Assembly: GCA_951812615.1 (NCBI GenBank) | Contig: CATOSU010000007.1 | Span: forward strand, 41,751-105,750 | Source of the DNA: an uncultured Rhodobacteraceae bacterium | Lineage (GTDB): Bacteria > Pseudomonadota > Alphaproteobacteria > Rhodobacterales > Rhodobacteraceae | Direction of reading: 5' to 3' | DNA length: 64,000 nucleotides | Shown: one piece after another, positions 1-9,045 of the stretch | Numbering within the stretch: position 1 is the first letter of the stretch | Layout of the letters: every line of letters begins with the position of its first letter | Made by a program: the position numbers and the translations under genes | Notes under the pieces: model-generated | Told to the model about the DNA's origin: nothing | Databases searched by the model: none | Seen by the model: the letters and a program-made list of their open reading frames with translations, nothing else

Positions 1-207
1 CTGCATCTGCATGTTGAGCCCTTCGATCCGCCGAGCGTCCTGACCAAGGATCATCGGCGCGATCCGGTCATGCACATCCGCTTCGGCGGCCGACGCGCCG
101 AAATAGGTTTCACCCAGACCGGTCAGCCCGACTTCGGTTTCAAGCCGCACCCACAGCAGGTTCGGGTGATCCCCGAGGCGAAGCGTTTCGACTGCACTGA
201 TCTTCAT
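1..207 (-). CDS. enolase-superfamily enzyme (mandelate racemase/muconate lactonizing enzyme family), first 69 codons only; the gene continues past the window start
   Basis: Reverse-strand translation from the ATG at 207-205 gives MKISAVETLRLGDHPNLLWVRLETEVGLTGLGETYFGASAAEADVHDRIAPMILGQDARRIEGLNMQMQ. This is the typical N-terminal capping domain of MR/MLE-type dehydratases. It is not in the ORF track because it is truncated by the window edge. Confidence 0.6.
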   Translation of the reverse strand, partial: MKISAVETLRLGDHPNLLWVRLETEVGLTGLGETYFGASAAEADVHDRIAPMILGQDARRIEGLNMQMQ

Positions 208-320
208 GTGGCCCCCGTTTGCAATGTGCCGGACGCCTGACCGCCGCGACCGGGTTCAGCGTGGCCGCAAACGGGGAAAAACGTCAACGGAAACATCGCC
301 CCGCGCGCCCGGGCCGGGGT

Positions 321-344
321 AGGATGGGTGATATCACCCATCCT
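321..344. repeat. 24-nt perfect palindrome AGGATGGGTGATATCACCCATCCT, copy 1
   Basis: Read directly. An identical copy lies at 13682-13705, and identity extends to 26 nt (GTAGGATGGGTGATATCACCCATCCT). It is intergenic, downstream of the VWA gene and upstream of the enolase-family gene. Confidence 0.9.
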
Positions 345-535
345 GCGATCTGCTGCATCCGGCTCCGGCAGAACCCAGGTGAATTGGTGTCGGTTTGCGA
401 GCGTTTGTCATGTGCACTGCCTCTCCAATCCTGTTCCATAGCTGAACATGCAAGGAGGAATGGCTGCGCAAATCAGGTTTTGCTGCCAATGCGTCAGGCT
501 GGTCTGTCCCGCATGGCGGACCATGACACCACCGC

Positions 536-1720
536 TCAGCGCGTCAGTTCCCGCATCCCGCGTTCCAGCCCGGCCAGCGTCATCGGGACCATGCGGCCCT
601 CGAAGATTTCCTTCACCATCTGGATCGAGTGGGTGTAGTCCCAGTATTTCTCGGGGATCGGGTTGATCCACAAATGCGAGGCCCACTGGTCGCGGGCGCG
701 CCCGAGCCAGACCTGGCCGGCCTCTTCATTCCAGTGTTCGTTGGCGCCGCCGGGATAGGCGATCTCGTAGGGCGACATGGAGGCATCGCCGACGAAGATG
801 CATTTGTAGTCCGGCCCGTAGGTGCGGAGCACCTCGTGCGTGGGCGTCTGCTCCGACCAGCGCCGGCGATTGTCGCGCCAGACCCCTTCGTAGAGGCAAT
901 TGTGGAAATAGTAATACTCGAGATGCTTGAATTCGGTGCGGGCGGCGCTGAACAGTTCCTCGACCACCTTCACATGCGGATCCATCGAGCCGCCGACATC
1001 CAGAAACATCACCACCTTTACCGCGTTGTGGCGCTCAGGGCGTTCCTTGACATCGAGATAGCCGTTTTCGGCGGTGGAGCGGATCGTGCCGTCCAGATCC
1101 AGCTCCATATGCGCGCCTTCCCGGGCCCAGCGGCGCAGGCGTTTCAAAGCCACCTTGATGTTGCGGGTGCCCAGCTCGACGGTGTCGTCGAGGTTCTTGA
1201 ACTCGCGCTTGTCCCAGACCTTGGTGGCACGCTGGTGGCGGCTTTCCTTCTGGCCGATGCGCACGCCTTCGGGGTTGTAGCCATAGGCCCCGAATGGCGA
1301 CGTGCCCGCGGTGCCGACCCATTTGCTGCCGCCCTGATGCCGGCCTTTCTGCTCTTCCAGTCGCTTTTTCAGCGTCTCCATCAGTTTCTCGAACCCGCCC
1401 AGCGCCTCGATCTCGGCCTTTTCCTCGTCGCTCAGGTGCTTTTCAGCCATCTTCCTGAGCCAGTCCTCAGGCAGGTCGATGGCGTCGAGCACCTGATCAA
1501 AGCTGATCTCTTCGAGCCCTTTGAAGGTGGCGGCGAAGGCGCGGTCGAACTTGTCGAGGTTGCGTTCGTCCTTCACCATCGCGGTGCGGGCGAGGTAGTA
1601 GAAGGATTCCACGTCATAGGTGGCCAGACCCACCTTCATGCCTTCGAGAAAGGTCAGGTATTCGCGCAGGGAGACCGGGATGGCGGCCCTGCGCAGATTT
1701 TCAAAAAACGGCTGAAACAC
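536..1720 (-). CDS. VWA domain-containing protein (CoxE-like)
   Basis: ORF 536..1861, trimmed to the GTG at 1720 (VFQPFFENLRRAAIPVSLREYLTFLEGMKVGL...), which is the conserved N-terminus of CoxE-type VWA proteins. The extension upstream of 1720 overlaps a better small ORF in another frame. Confidence 0.8.
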   Translation of the reverse strand: MFQPFFENLRRAAIPVSLREYLTFLEGMKVGLATYDVESFYYLARTAMVKDERNLDKFDRAFAATFKGLEEISFDQVLDAIDLPEDWLRKMAEKHLSDEEKAEIEALGGFEKLMETLKKRLEEQKGRHQGGSKWVGTAGTSPFGAYGYNPEGVRIGQKESRHQRATKVWDKREFKNLDDTVELGTRNIKVALKRLRRWAREGAHMELDLDGTIRSTAENGYLDVKERPERHNAVKVVMFLDVGGSMDPHVKVVEELFSAARTEFKHLEYYYFHNCLYEGVWRDNRRRWSEQTPTHEVLRTYGPDYKCIFVGDASMSPYEIAYPGGANEHWNEEAGQVWLGRARDQWASHLWINPIPEKYWDYTHSIQMVKEIFEGRMVPMTLAGLERGMRELTR

Positions 1721-1725
1721 GGGTG

Positions 1726-1896
1726 CTATCCGACGATGATGCGGTGAATGATAATCGTCACGATAAGTCCTGCGAGCGCAAAGGCAATGCCGCTGCCCGC
1801 CGCATATTGCGCCATGTCCAGCCGCGAGCCGCCGCGTTTCTTGGCCAGATAGACGCCCCACAGCGCGCCGATGACGGCGCCAGCCAGAATGATCAT
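1726..1896 (-). CDS. small membrane protein (56 aa), hypothetical
   Basis: My own translation: MIILAGAVIGALWGVYLAKKRGGSRLDMAQYAAGSGIAFALAGLIVTIIIHRIIVG. It has two hydrophobic helices and GC-rich third positions. It is packed 15 nt after the lipoprotein gene and 5 nt before the VWA start. It falls below the ORF-track length cutoff. Confidence 0.45.
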   Translation of the reverse strand: MIILAGAVIGALWGVYLAKKRGGSRLDMAQYAAGSGIAFALAGLIVTIIIHRIIVG

Positions 1897-1911
1897 GCGT
1901 GCCCTTGTCCC

Positions 1912-3267
1912 TTATGTGCGGGGGCGCAACGCGGCGATTTCATCCATTTTCGCACGCACGGCCCAGTCCGGGCCGAACCCGTACCGTGCCCAGCCGAGGC
2001 TGTCCAGTCTGACGCTGCGCGCTTCGGCTTCGCGGCCCAGCATCTCGTAGGCTTCGGCCTGCAACAGCATCAGCGTCGCCAGCAGCGCGGCGTTCTGATA
2101 CCGCGCCGCGGTGTCGATGCTGGGGCCGAGATCGGCCAGCGCGCCGCGGGCATCGCCGCGGGCGATGTCGTAGGATGCGGTCTGGGTGGAGATATAGGCG
2201 CGGTGCAGCTCGGTCCCCGGGGTGCGGGACAACAGCGTCTGCGCGGTCTCGAAATGGGTCAGCGCACCGGCGGGGTCGCGGGACTGTTGCGACCGGCCGA
2301 CCATATAGTGGCTGAACGCGCGACGGTGATCCTGCCAGCCCGAGGACGCGGCGGTCCGCAGGGCGCTGCCGGCGGCGCGCTGGCGCGACACCTCGGTCGA
2401 TCCGCGACCCAGTGCGGTTTCAACATCGTCGATCCAGCTGCGCGGGGTTTCGGACACGGCGCGGGCCGGGATGCCGCGGCCGGCCGGGTTCACCCGGTTC
2501 AGGACCGTGGGCAGGCGCGCGGCGACCTGTTGCCGGTTCATGCCACTGCGCAGCTCGGGGGCATAGGTGGCCTGCAGGATCAGCATATCGAACCCGGTCA
2601 GGACCGTGTGCACGTTGTCGTCGTTAAAGACCGATTGCGGCAGGCGATACAGATCGTTGAGCGGTCCCAGCGACTGCGCCAGTTCCTCGTGCAGGCAGTC
2701 GCGGGCTTCCTGCGGGCTGGCGTCGGCGGGGATGAAGATGCCCATGCGCGTGCGCTGGGTCAGGTTGGTCCAGCTGGTTTTCGGGCTGCGCCGGTTGCGG
2801 CGGAATTCGGACAGGCTGGACACGTTGGGCACGACGAAGCAGGCCGCCGTGGGCAGCGCGCGGCGGATGTCCTCGCGGCTGACGGCCTGAATGGTGATGT
2901 TGGCGTCCTGCCCGGACGGCACCTGACGGATGTCGATGCCGGCCTCGTTGCGCAGCCGGCCGATCAGCGCGCGCAGGTCCGATGCGATGTAAGGCGTGAC
3001 CTGACCGGTCAGGCGCACGGTCACCGGGGTTTCGAACCGGGTGAAGACGGGCAGGGCGCGGCCACTTTCCAGTTCGAAATGCAGGTCCAGAAAATCGCGG
3101 GCGATATTGGTGTTCGACGTGGCCGCGGCCGAAGGCCGGGTGGCCCGGAAGCTCTTGACCGGCGGCAGCGAGCTGTCAGCGAACTGCATCCGCGTGGCAG
3201 GCTGGTCCTTGGGTGCGGCGCTGCAGGCACCCAGAGCGAGCGCGGCGAGAACGATCAGCTTTTTCAT
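1912..3267 (-). CDS. lipoprotein with a C-terminal TPR-like region (possibly DUF2927-like)
   Basis: Signal peptide plus lipobox MKKLIVLAALALGAC. There is a HEELAQSLG motif mid-protein and a helical-repeat-like C-terminus. Its start overlaps the GNAT stop (ATGA). Confidence 0.75.
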   Translation of the reverse strand: MKKLIVLAALALGACSAAPKDQPATRMQFADSSLPPVKSFRATRPSAAATSNTNIARDFLDLHFELESGRALPVFTRFETPVTVRLTGQVTPYIASDLRALIGRLRNEAGIDIRQVPSGQDANITIQAVSREDIRRALPTAACFVVPNVSSLSEFRRNRRSPKTSWTNLTQRTRMGIFIPADASPQEARDCLHEELAQSLGPLNDLYRLPQSVFNDDNVHTVLTGFDMLILQATYAPELRSGMNRQQVAARLPTVLNRVNPAGRGIPARAVSETPRSWIDDVETALGRGSTEVSRQRAAGSALRTAASSGWQDHRRAFSHYMVGRSQQSRDPAGALTHFETAQTLLSRTPGTELHRAYISTQTASYDIARGDARGALADLGPSIDTAARYQNAALLATLMLLQAEAYEMLGREAEARSVRLDSLGWARYGFGPDWAVRAKMDEIAALRPRT

Positions 3268-3725
3268 GATGGCCTCTGGTAACGGATGAACGGGGTAACA
3301 TTGGCGATGCGGTCGTACAGACGGCGCGCGGTTTCGTTGAAATCCTGCGTCAGCCAGTAAACCGAGGGCGTGCCGTTGGCGTCTGCCGCCGCATAAACCG
3401 CCTCGATCAGCGCCCGGCCGACGCCGGTGCCGCGGGTTTCGGGCCGCGCGTACAGATCCTGCAGATAGCAGACATTCTCGACCTTCCAGGCGTGGCGGTG
3501 GAACAGGTAATGGGTCAGACCCACCGCGCGTCCGTCGATTTCGGCGATCAGGCAGGTGAATTCCTGCGGGTCGTCGCTCAGCAACCGTTCGAACGTGGTG
3601 TCATAGACGTCATCCGTGACGGCGGTTTTGTAGAACACGAGATAATCGTGCCACATTTCCGCCCAATCGGCGCGGTCTTCGGCACGCAGGGCGCGCACCG
3701 TGATGGTGGGTTTGGCAGCAGACAT
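3264..3725 (-). CDS. GNAT family N-acetyltransferase
   Basis: ORF 3264..3734. The ATG at 3725 is preferred over the upstream TTG. The RGTGVGRALIEAVY acetyl-CoA binding motif (Q/RxxGxG/A) is present. Confidence 0.85.
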   Translation of the reverse strand: MSAAKPTITVRALRAEDRADWAEMWHDYLVFYKTAVTDDVYDTTFERLLSDDPQEFTCLIAEIDGRAVGLTHYLFHRHAWKVENVCYLQDLYARPETRGTGVGRALIEAVYAAADANGTPSVYWLTQDFNETARRLYDRIANVTPFIRYQRPS

Positions 3726-4298
3726 GGGTCCCAATTTGGCAGACTAGGAGCAGTTTCGCCACATTTCGGGCGCATTGGGGCCAGTTTGTGTCTGAATTGT
3801 GGCAAAAGTTGGGCGGCGGGCCCGGTTGTCCCCGGACCGGAGACAAAGCCAGGTTATCCGGTCGACTGACCCCTGCAGGCGGCAAACCGCACCCGGATTG
3901 CGGCGCAGGAAACATGGCGCGCACTCTTAAGGGGAATAGTTTCGGGAGTATTTAATTCTGGGTTGGGTCTCGCGAATCGCACGGTGAAGGTGGCGGGTGA
4001 AACGACACGCAACAGGCAGGTGCCGCGAACATCGTTGCCGGAATCCACTCCCGGATTTTCGCTCGCGCTGTTGGTTCCGTCAGTTCTTGCCGTGCAGGCG
4101 CTGCCCGGCCTGCCTTCGCGGCAGGCGCGCTCAAATCCCCGGGATTGTCATCAAACTGAGGCAATTGCCGCCTAGTCCTGCACCCGGACAACGCCCGGGG
4201 CGGATGGGTCGGAGCGGGGCGGTCAGGGCCGTCCTGCCGCGGGCTCTTTCTGTTTTCCGGGCAATCGTGCAACCTCTCAGAGCCAGAAGGACACCGCT

Positions 4299-6203
4299 AT
4301 GAGGACTGAAAACGAAGACCTGTCGTTCGATGATTTCGACGAACGCATCAACCCGCGCCCGGAAGACTGCGATTTCGACCGGATTGTCGAAGCCGCAATC
4401 ACCCGCCGCGGCCTGCTGGGCGGGATGCTGGCCTATGGCAGCTTTGCCGCGCTTGGCACCACGCTGACGGCATCGTCCGCAAAGGCCGCCGCCGACCGGT
4501 TCGCCTTTGATGCCATCGCGGTTTCGACCAAAGACGCGATCACCGTACCGGCCGGGTACAAGGCCGAGGTTCTGGTGCGCTGGGGTGACCCGCTGTGGTC
4601 GGACGCGCCGGAGTTTGATCACGCGACCCGCGGCACCGCCGCCAGCCAGGAACGCGCCTTTGGCGACAATACCGACGGCATGGACGTGATCGCCCATGAC
4701 GGTCACCTGCTTTTGGTCGTGAACAACGAATACACCAACCGCAAGATCCTGTGGGGCAACAACCCCGATGCCAAGGCGGCGTCCGACGATGACATCGCCA
4801 AGGGCATGATGGCGCATGGCGTGTCGGTGGTTGAGATTGCCCGCGGCGAGGGCGGCTGGCAGATCGTCACGGACAGCCCCTATAACCGCCGGATCACGCC
4901 GCAGACCGACATGGCCCTGACCGGCCCGGCCGCCGGCCACGACCTGCTGAAAACCGACGCTGACCCGTCCGGCACCACGTCCAAGGGCACGTGGAATAAC
5001 TGCGGCAACGGCATGACACCGTGGGGCACCTATCTGGCCTGCGAGGAAAACTTCAACGGCTACTTCTCGTCCAGCGAACAGATCCAGGATCAAAAGCCGG
5101 TCACCATTTCGCCGGAAATGGCCCGCTATGGCATCAGCCCCGAAGACTGGGGCTACGGCTGGGCCAAGATCGACGACCGGTTCGACGTCGCCAAGACCCC
5201 GAACGAGCCCAACCGCGCTGGCTACGTGGTCGAGATTGACCCGACCGACCCGGCCTCGACCCCGCGCAAGCTGACCGCGCTGGGGCGGTTCAAGCACGAA
5301 AACGCCGAGGCCGTGGTCAACAATGACGGCCGCGTCGTGGTTTACATGGGCGACGACGAGCGTGGCGAATTCCTCTACCGTTTCGTTTCCAACGGTGTCT
5401 TCGCCCCGGGCGCCGATACCGATGACCTGCTTGAAAACGGCACGCTGTCGGTGGCGAAGTTCGGCGAGGACGGCACCGGGCAGTGGCTGGACCTGACCCC
5501 GGAAAGCACCGGCATGGCCTCGGCTGCCGAGATCTGCATCCACACCCGTCTGGCCGGTTCGGCGGTGGGCGCCACCACGATGGACCGTCCGGAATGGATT
5601 GCGGCCAACCCGAACGCGGCCGAGGTGTATTGCTGTCTGACCAACAACAAGAACCGGGGCGTGAAGCCAAATGCAGGCGGCGACGAAACGCCGGTGGGCG
5701 GCCCCAATCCGCGCGAGGCCAACAAATACGGCCAGATCGTGCGCTGGTGGCCGGCTGACGGTGATCACACCGCCGCGGGCTTCACTTGGGATCTGTATGT
5801 TCTGGCCGGTAATCCGACCGTGCATTCCGACATGCGCGCCGGGTCCGGCAACGTGACCGCGGACAACATGTTCAATTCGCCCGACGGTCTGAAGTTTGAC
5901 GACAACGGGCTCTTGTGGATCCAGACCGACGGCAAATACTCCAACACGGATGACTTCGCCGGTCAGGGCAACAACCAGATGCTGGCAGGTGACCCGGTCA
6001 CCGGTGAAATCCGCCGCTTCCTTGTCGGCCCGCGCGAATGCGAGGTCACCGGCCTGACATGGTCGCCCGACCGCCGGTCGATGTTCGTCGGCATCCAGCA
6101 CCCGGGCGAACGCGGCGACAGCCACTGGCCCGAAGGCGGCGACGCGGTGCCGCGCTCGGCAATTATCGTCGTCACCCGCGAGGATGGCGGGCTGGTCGGG
6201 TAA
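4299..6203 (+). CDS. phoX: alkaline phosphatase PhoX (DUF839 beta-propeller), Tat-exported
   Basis: Twin-arginine signal ITRRGLLGGMLAYGSFAALG. The length and motifs match the PhoX family (WGTYLACEEN, GRFKHEN, DRPEWIA, FNSPDGL). A GAAGGA Shine-Dalgarno sequence lies 7 nt before the ATG. Confidence 0.9.
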   Translation: MRTENEDLSFDDFDERINPRPEDCDFDRIVEAAITRRGLLGGMLAYGSFAALGTTLTASSAKAAADRFAFDAIAVSTKDAITVPAGYKAEVLVRWGDPLWSDAPEFDHATRGTAASQERAFGDNTDGMDVIAHDGHLLLVVNNEYTNRKILWGNNPDAKAASDDDIAKGMMAHGVSVVEIARGEGGWQIVTDSPYNRRITPQTDMALTGPAAGHDLLKTDADPSGTTSKGTWNNCGNGMTPWGTYLACEENFNGYFSSSEQIQDQKPVTISPEMARYGISPEDWGYGWAKIDDRFDVAKTPNEPNRAGYVVEIDPTDPASTPRKLTALGRFKHENAEAVVNNDGRVVVYMGDDERGEFLYRFVSNGVFAPGADTDDLLENGTLSVAKFGEDGTGQWLDLTPESTGMASAAEICIHTRLAGSAVGATTMDRPEWIAANPNAAEVYCCLTNNKNRGVKPNAGGDETPVGGPNPREANKYGQIVRWWPADGDHTAAGFTWDLYVLAGNPTVHSDMRAGSGNVTADNMFNSPDGLKFDDNGLLWIQTDGKYSNTDDFAGQGNNQMLAGDPVTGEIRRFLVGPRECEVTGLTWSPDRRSMFVGIQHPGERGDSHWPEGGDAVPRSAIIVVTREDGGLVG

Positions 6204-6224
6204 CCTGATCAGGGCACTGAAACA

Positions 6225-6262
6225 AAAGCCAGCCGCGTGACCCGCGGCTGGCTTTTCTTTTG
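6225..6262 (+). terminator. intrinsic terminator after phoX, possibly bidirectional with the moxR-like gene
   Basis: AAAGCCAGCCGCG / TGACC loop / CGCGGCTGGCTTT, followed by TCTTTTG. An A-run precedes the stem. It sits between convergent genes. Confidence 0.7.
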
Positions 6263-6313
6263 CGACGTTGAGGAGCCCGCCCGGGCGCGCCCCGGCAGGT
6301 CCGGGTCCGATCC

Positions 6314-7153
6314 TTACCGCTGCCCGCGCGCGATGAATGCGAGCCGTTCGAACAAATGCACGTCCTGTTCGTTTTTCAGCAGCGCCCCGTGCAGCTTCGG
6401 CAGGGCGGAGGCGCCGTCGCGTTTGAGGTCTTCGGGCGTCATGTCCTCGGCCAGCAGCAGTTTCAGCCAGTCCAGCACTTCCGATGTCGACGGTTTTTTC
6501 TTCAGCCCGGCAGTGTCACGGATCTCGAAAAATTGCGTCAGCGCGGTGGTCAGCAGCGTCTCCTTGATGCCTGGGTGATGCACCTCGACGATCTTGCGCA
6601 TCGTGTCTTCGTCAGGAAAGCGGATGTAATGGAAGAAACAGCGGCGCAGGAAGGCGTCGGGCAGTTCTTTTTCGTTGTTCGAGGTGATGATGACAATCGG
6701 GCGCTGCCGGGCTTTTATGGTCTCGCCGGTCTCATAGACGAAGAACTCCATCTTATCGAGTTCCTGCAGCAGGTCGTTGGGAAACTCGATATCGGCCTTG
6801 TCAATCTCATCAATCAGCAGGACCACCTTCTGATCGGAATCAAAGGCCTGCCAAAGCTTGCCCTTCTTGATGTAGTTTTTGACGTCATGCACCCGCTCTT
6901 CGCCCAGTTGGCTGTCGCGCAGGCGGCTGACGGCGTCATATTCATAAAGGCCCTGATGGGCGCGGGTGGTGGATTTGACGTTCCACTCGATCATTTCCAG
7001 CCCCAGCGCCTCGGCCACCTGACGTGCCAGCTCGGTTTTGCCGGTGCCCGGTTCGCCCTTGACCAGCAGCGGGCGTTCAAGGGTCACCGCCGCATTCACC
7101 GCGATGGTCAGATCCTCGGTTGCGACATACTCCTTGGTGCCCTGAAATTTCAT
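6314..7153 (-). CDS. MoxR-family AAA+ ATPase
   Basis: Walker A GEPGTGKT and Walker B LLIDEIDKA. The ~279-aa size is typical of MoxR/CoxD-like ATPases. Confidence 0.9.
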   Translation of the reverse strand: MKFQGTKEYVATEDLTIAVNAAVTLERPLLVKGEPGTGKTELARQVAEALGLEMIEWNVKSTTRAHQGLYEYDAVSRLRDSQLGEERVHDVKNYIKKGKLWQAFDSDQKVVLLIDEIDKADIEFPNDLLQELDKMEFFVYETGETIKARQRPIVIITSNNEKELPDAFLRRCFFHYIRFPDEDTMRKIVEVHHPGIKETLLTTALTQFFEIRDTAGLKKKPSTSEVLDWLKLLLAEDMTPEDLKRDGASALPKLHGALLKNEQDVHLFERLAFIARGQR

Positions 7154-7339
7154 GTTATTTCAACCCTTTGATCATTTGCGCACAGTCAAGTCTCTCCGCA
7201 GGCGCTTTTAACCCAAGGGCAGCCGGATTGTGTAGTGACAATCGTTAGCGCCTCAGATAAACGCAGCGGCATTAGGGGGAGCTGGAACTCTGAGGATTAA
7301 AACTTGACGGACGTTTCAGACCATACCGAGGGAGCCGAA

Positions 7340-7762
7340 ATGAAGCAGGAAACATTTCTGCCGGACGACTACCGTCCGGCCGAAGATGAACCGTTCATGA
7401 ACGAGCGTCAGCTCGAATACTTCCGCCGCAAGCTGTTGAACTGGAAAGCCGAACTTATGGCCGACAGTCGCGATACGATTGAAGGATTGCAGGACAGCAC
7501 ACGCAATATCCCTGATGTGGCCGACCGGGCCAGCGAAGAGACCGACCGCGCGCTCGAACTGCGCACGCGGGACCGTCAGCGAAAGCTGGTTGCCAAGATC
7601 GACAGCGCCCTGCGGCGCATCGAGGAAGGCGAATACGGGTATTGTGATGTGACCGGCGAGCCGATTTCGCTGAAGCGTCTGGACGCCCGGCCGATCGCGA
7701 CCATGAGCCTTGAGGCACAGGAGCGTCATGAGCGGCGGGAAAAGGTCCATCGCGACGATTGA
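7340..7762 (+). CDS. dksA: RNA polymerase-binding transcription factor DksA
   Basis: ORF 7304..7762, trimmed to the ATG at 7340, which has a GAGGGAG Shine-Dalgarno sequence 6 nt upstream. It has the DksA coiled-coil region (DxxDxA: DVADRASEETD) and a C-terminal finger region. Confidence 0.85.
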   Translation: MKQETFLPDDYRPAEDEPFMNERQLEYFRRKLLNWKAELMADSRDTIEGLQDSTRNIPDVADRASEETDRALELRTRDRQRKLVAKIDSALRRIEEGEYGYCDVTGEPISLKRLDARPIATMSLEAQERHERREKVHRDD

Positions 7763-7786
7763 TCGTGCGGGAGACACGTGAAAAAA

Positions 7787-7822
7787 GGGGGCGCCGTGGA
7801 AGACCGCGGCGCCCCTTTGCGT
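7787..7822 (+). terminator. intrinsic terminator after dksA
   Basis: GGGGGCGCCG ... CGGCGCCCC stem followed by TTTGCGTT. Confidence 0.6.
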
Positions 7823-7835
7823 TCGGGGAAATGAC

Positions 7836-8975
7836 ATGCGGACAGAGGATCTGACAGTCGCCGTGATCGGCGGCGGTATTGGCGGCACGGCCGTGGCGAC
7901 GGCGCTGGCACAGCGCGGGGCGGATGTCACGCTGTACGAACAGGCGCCGGAACTGTCCGAGGTCGGGGCCGGGTTGCAGATCAGCACCAATGGTCAGCGG
8001 GTTTTGCAGGCGCTCGGCGCGGTGTCGGGGCCGCCGGAGGGCACAACCGTGTCCGACGGCACGGTGTTTTGCGATGCCTCATCGGGGCGCGACGTGGCGC
8101 GGGTGGTTCCACCGCGGACCGGGCCGACATGGTACATGCACCGGGCCGACCTTCTGAACGTGCTGGTCAGGGCCGCGGACCGGGCCGGCGTGAAAGTGGA
8201 ACTTGGCAAACATCTGGTGCCCGGCAGCGCGCAGGCCGACCTTGTGATCGCGGCCGATGGCGGGCGCAGCAACTGGCGCAGCGCGATCGACGGGCCGGAC
8301 CGTCCGCAATTCACCGGTCAGGTGGCGTGGCGCGCGCTGGTCCCCTGCGACCCCGGCAGCCTTCCGCCGGTGGCACAGCTGTTCATGGGCACGCGGGCGC
8401 ATGTGGTGCTTTACCCGCTGCGCGGCGGGACGCTGGCCAATCTGGTTGCCATCGAGGAACGCCACGGCTGGATCGAGGAAGGCTGGAACATCGGGGGCGA
8501 CCCGGCCGAGTTTCAGCGCCGCTTCGTCGATTTCCGCGGCGCGGCGGGCGAGATCATCGGGCGCACGAAACGGGTGCATCAATGGGCACTGCACCTGCGT
8601 CCCGTGGCAGAGCGCTGGCACGATGCAAACACCGCGCTGTTGGGGGATGCGGCGCATCCGACCCTGCCGTTTCTGGCACAGGGCGCCTGTCTGGCACTGG
8701 AGGATTCGCTGGTGCTGGCCGCCGCGGTGCAGACCGCGACGGATATGCCGACCGCGCTGGCGCTGTATCAGTCCGAGCGGCAGGCGCGGGCGACGCGGAT
8801 CGTTGGCATCGCGCGCGGCAACGCGTGGCGGTTCCACCTGCCAAAACCCTGGGCCTGGGCGGCGCATCTGGTGTTGCGGCTGGGGGCGGGGCACCTGTCG
8901 CGCCGGCTGGAATGGGTCTACGATTATGACGCCGGGGCGGTGATTTCGTCCGGTTCAGGCGGATCTGTACCTTGA
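7836..8975 (+). CDS. FAD-dependent monooxygenase (salicylate hydroxylase / UbiH-like)
   Basis: N-terminal GxGxxG motif (VIGGGIGG). DG and GD motifs are present (AADGGRS, LLGDAAHP). Confidence 0.85.
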   Translation: MRTEDLTVAVIGGGIGGTAVATALAQRGADVTLYEQAPELSEVGAGLQISTNGQRVLQALGAVSGPPEGTTVSDGTVFCDASSGRDVARVVPPRTGPTWYMHRADLLNVLVRAADRAGVKVELGKHLVPGSAQADLVIAADGGRSNWRSAIDGPDRPQFTGQVAWRALVPCDPGSLPPVAQLFMGTRAHVVLYPLRGGTLANLVAIEERHGWIEEGWNIGGDPAEFQRRFVDFRGAAGEIIGRTKRVHQWALHLRPVAERWHDANTALLGDAAHPTLPFLAQGACLALEDSLVLAAAVQTATDMPTALALYQSERQARATRIVGIARGNAWRFHLPKPWAWAAHLVLRLGAGHLSRRLEWVYDYDAGAVISSGSGGSVP

Positions 8976-9045
8976 CGATGCGAATCGGGCGGCACAACTA
9001 ACTGGTTGGCGCGTCGACCGTCTCTCTGTCGAAAAGGTATCTGTT

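Noticed and set aside
448-666. A 72-aa plus-strand ORF preceded by an AAGGAGG-like sequence.
   Set aside because: The SD-like motif abuts the second ATG with essentially no spacing. The ORF runs antisense into the 3' end of the VWA gene, and its product is Cys/Arg/Pro-rich with no coding-like features.
4131-6125. A 664-aa minus-strand ORF.
   Set aside because: It is antisense to phoX, which has clear family motifs and a Tat signal. The product is Arg/Gly/Ala/Val-rich shadow sequence typical of high-GC DNA.
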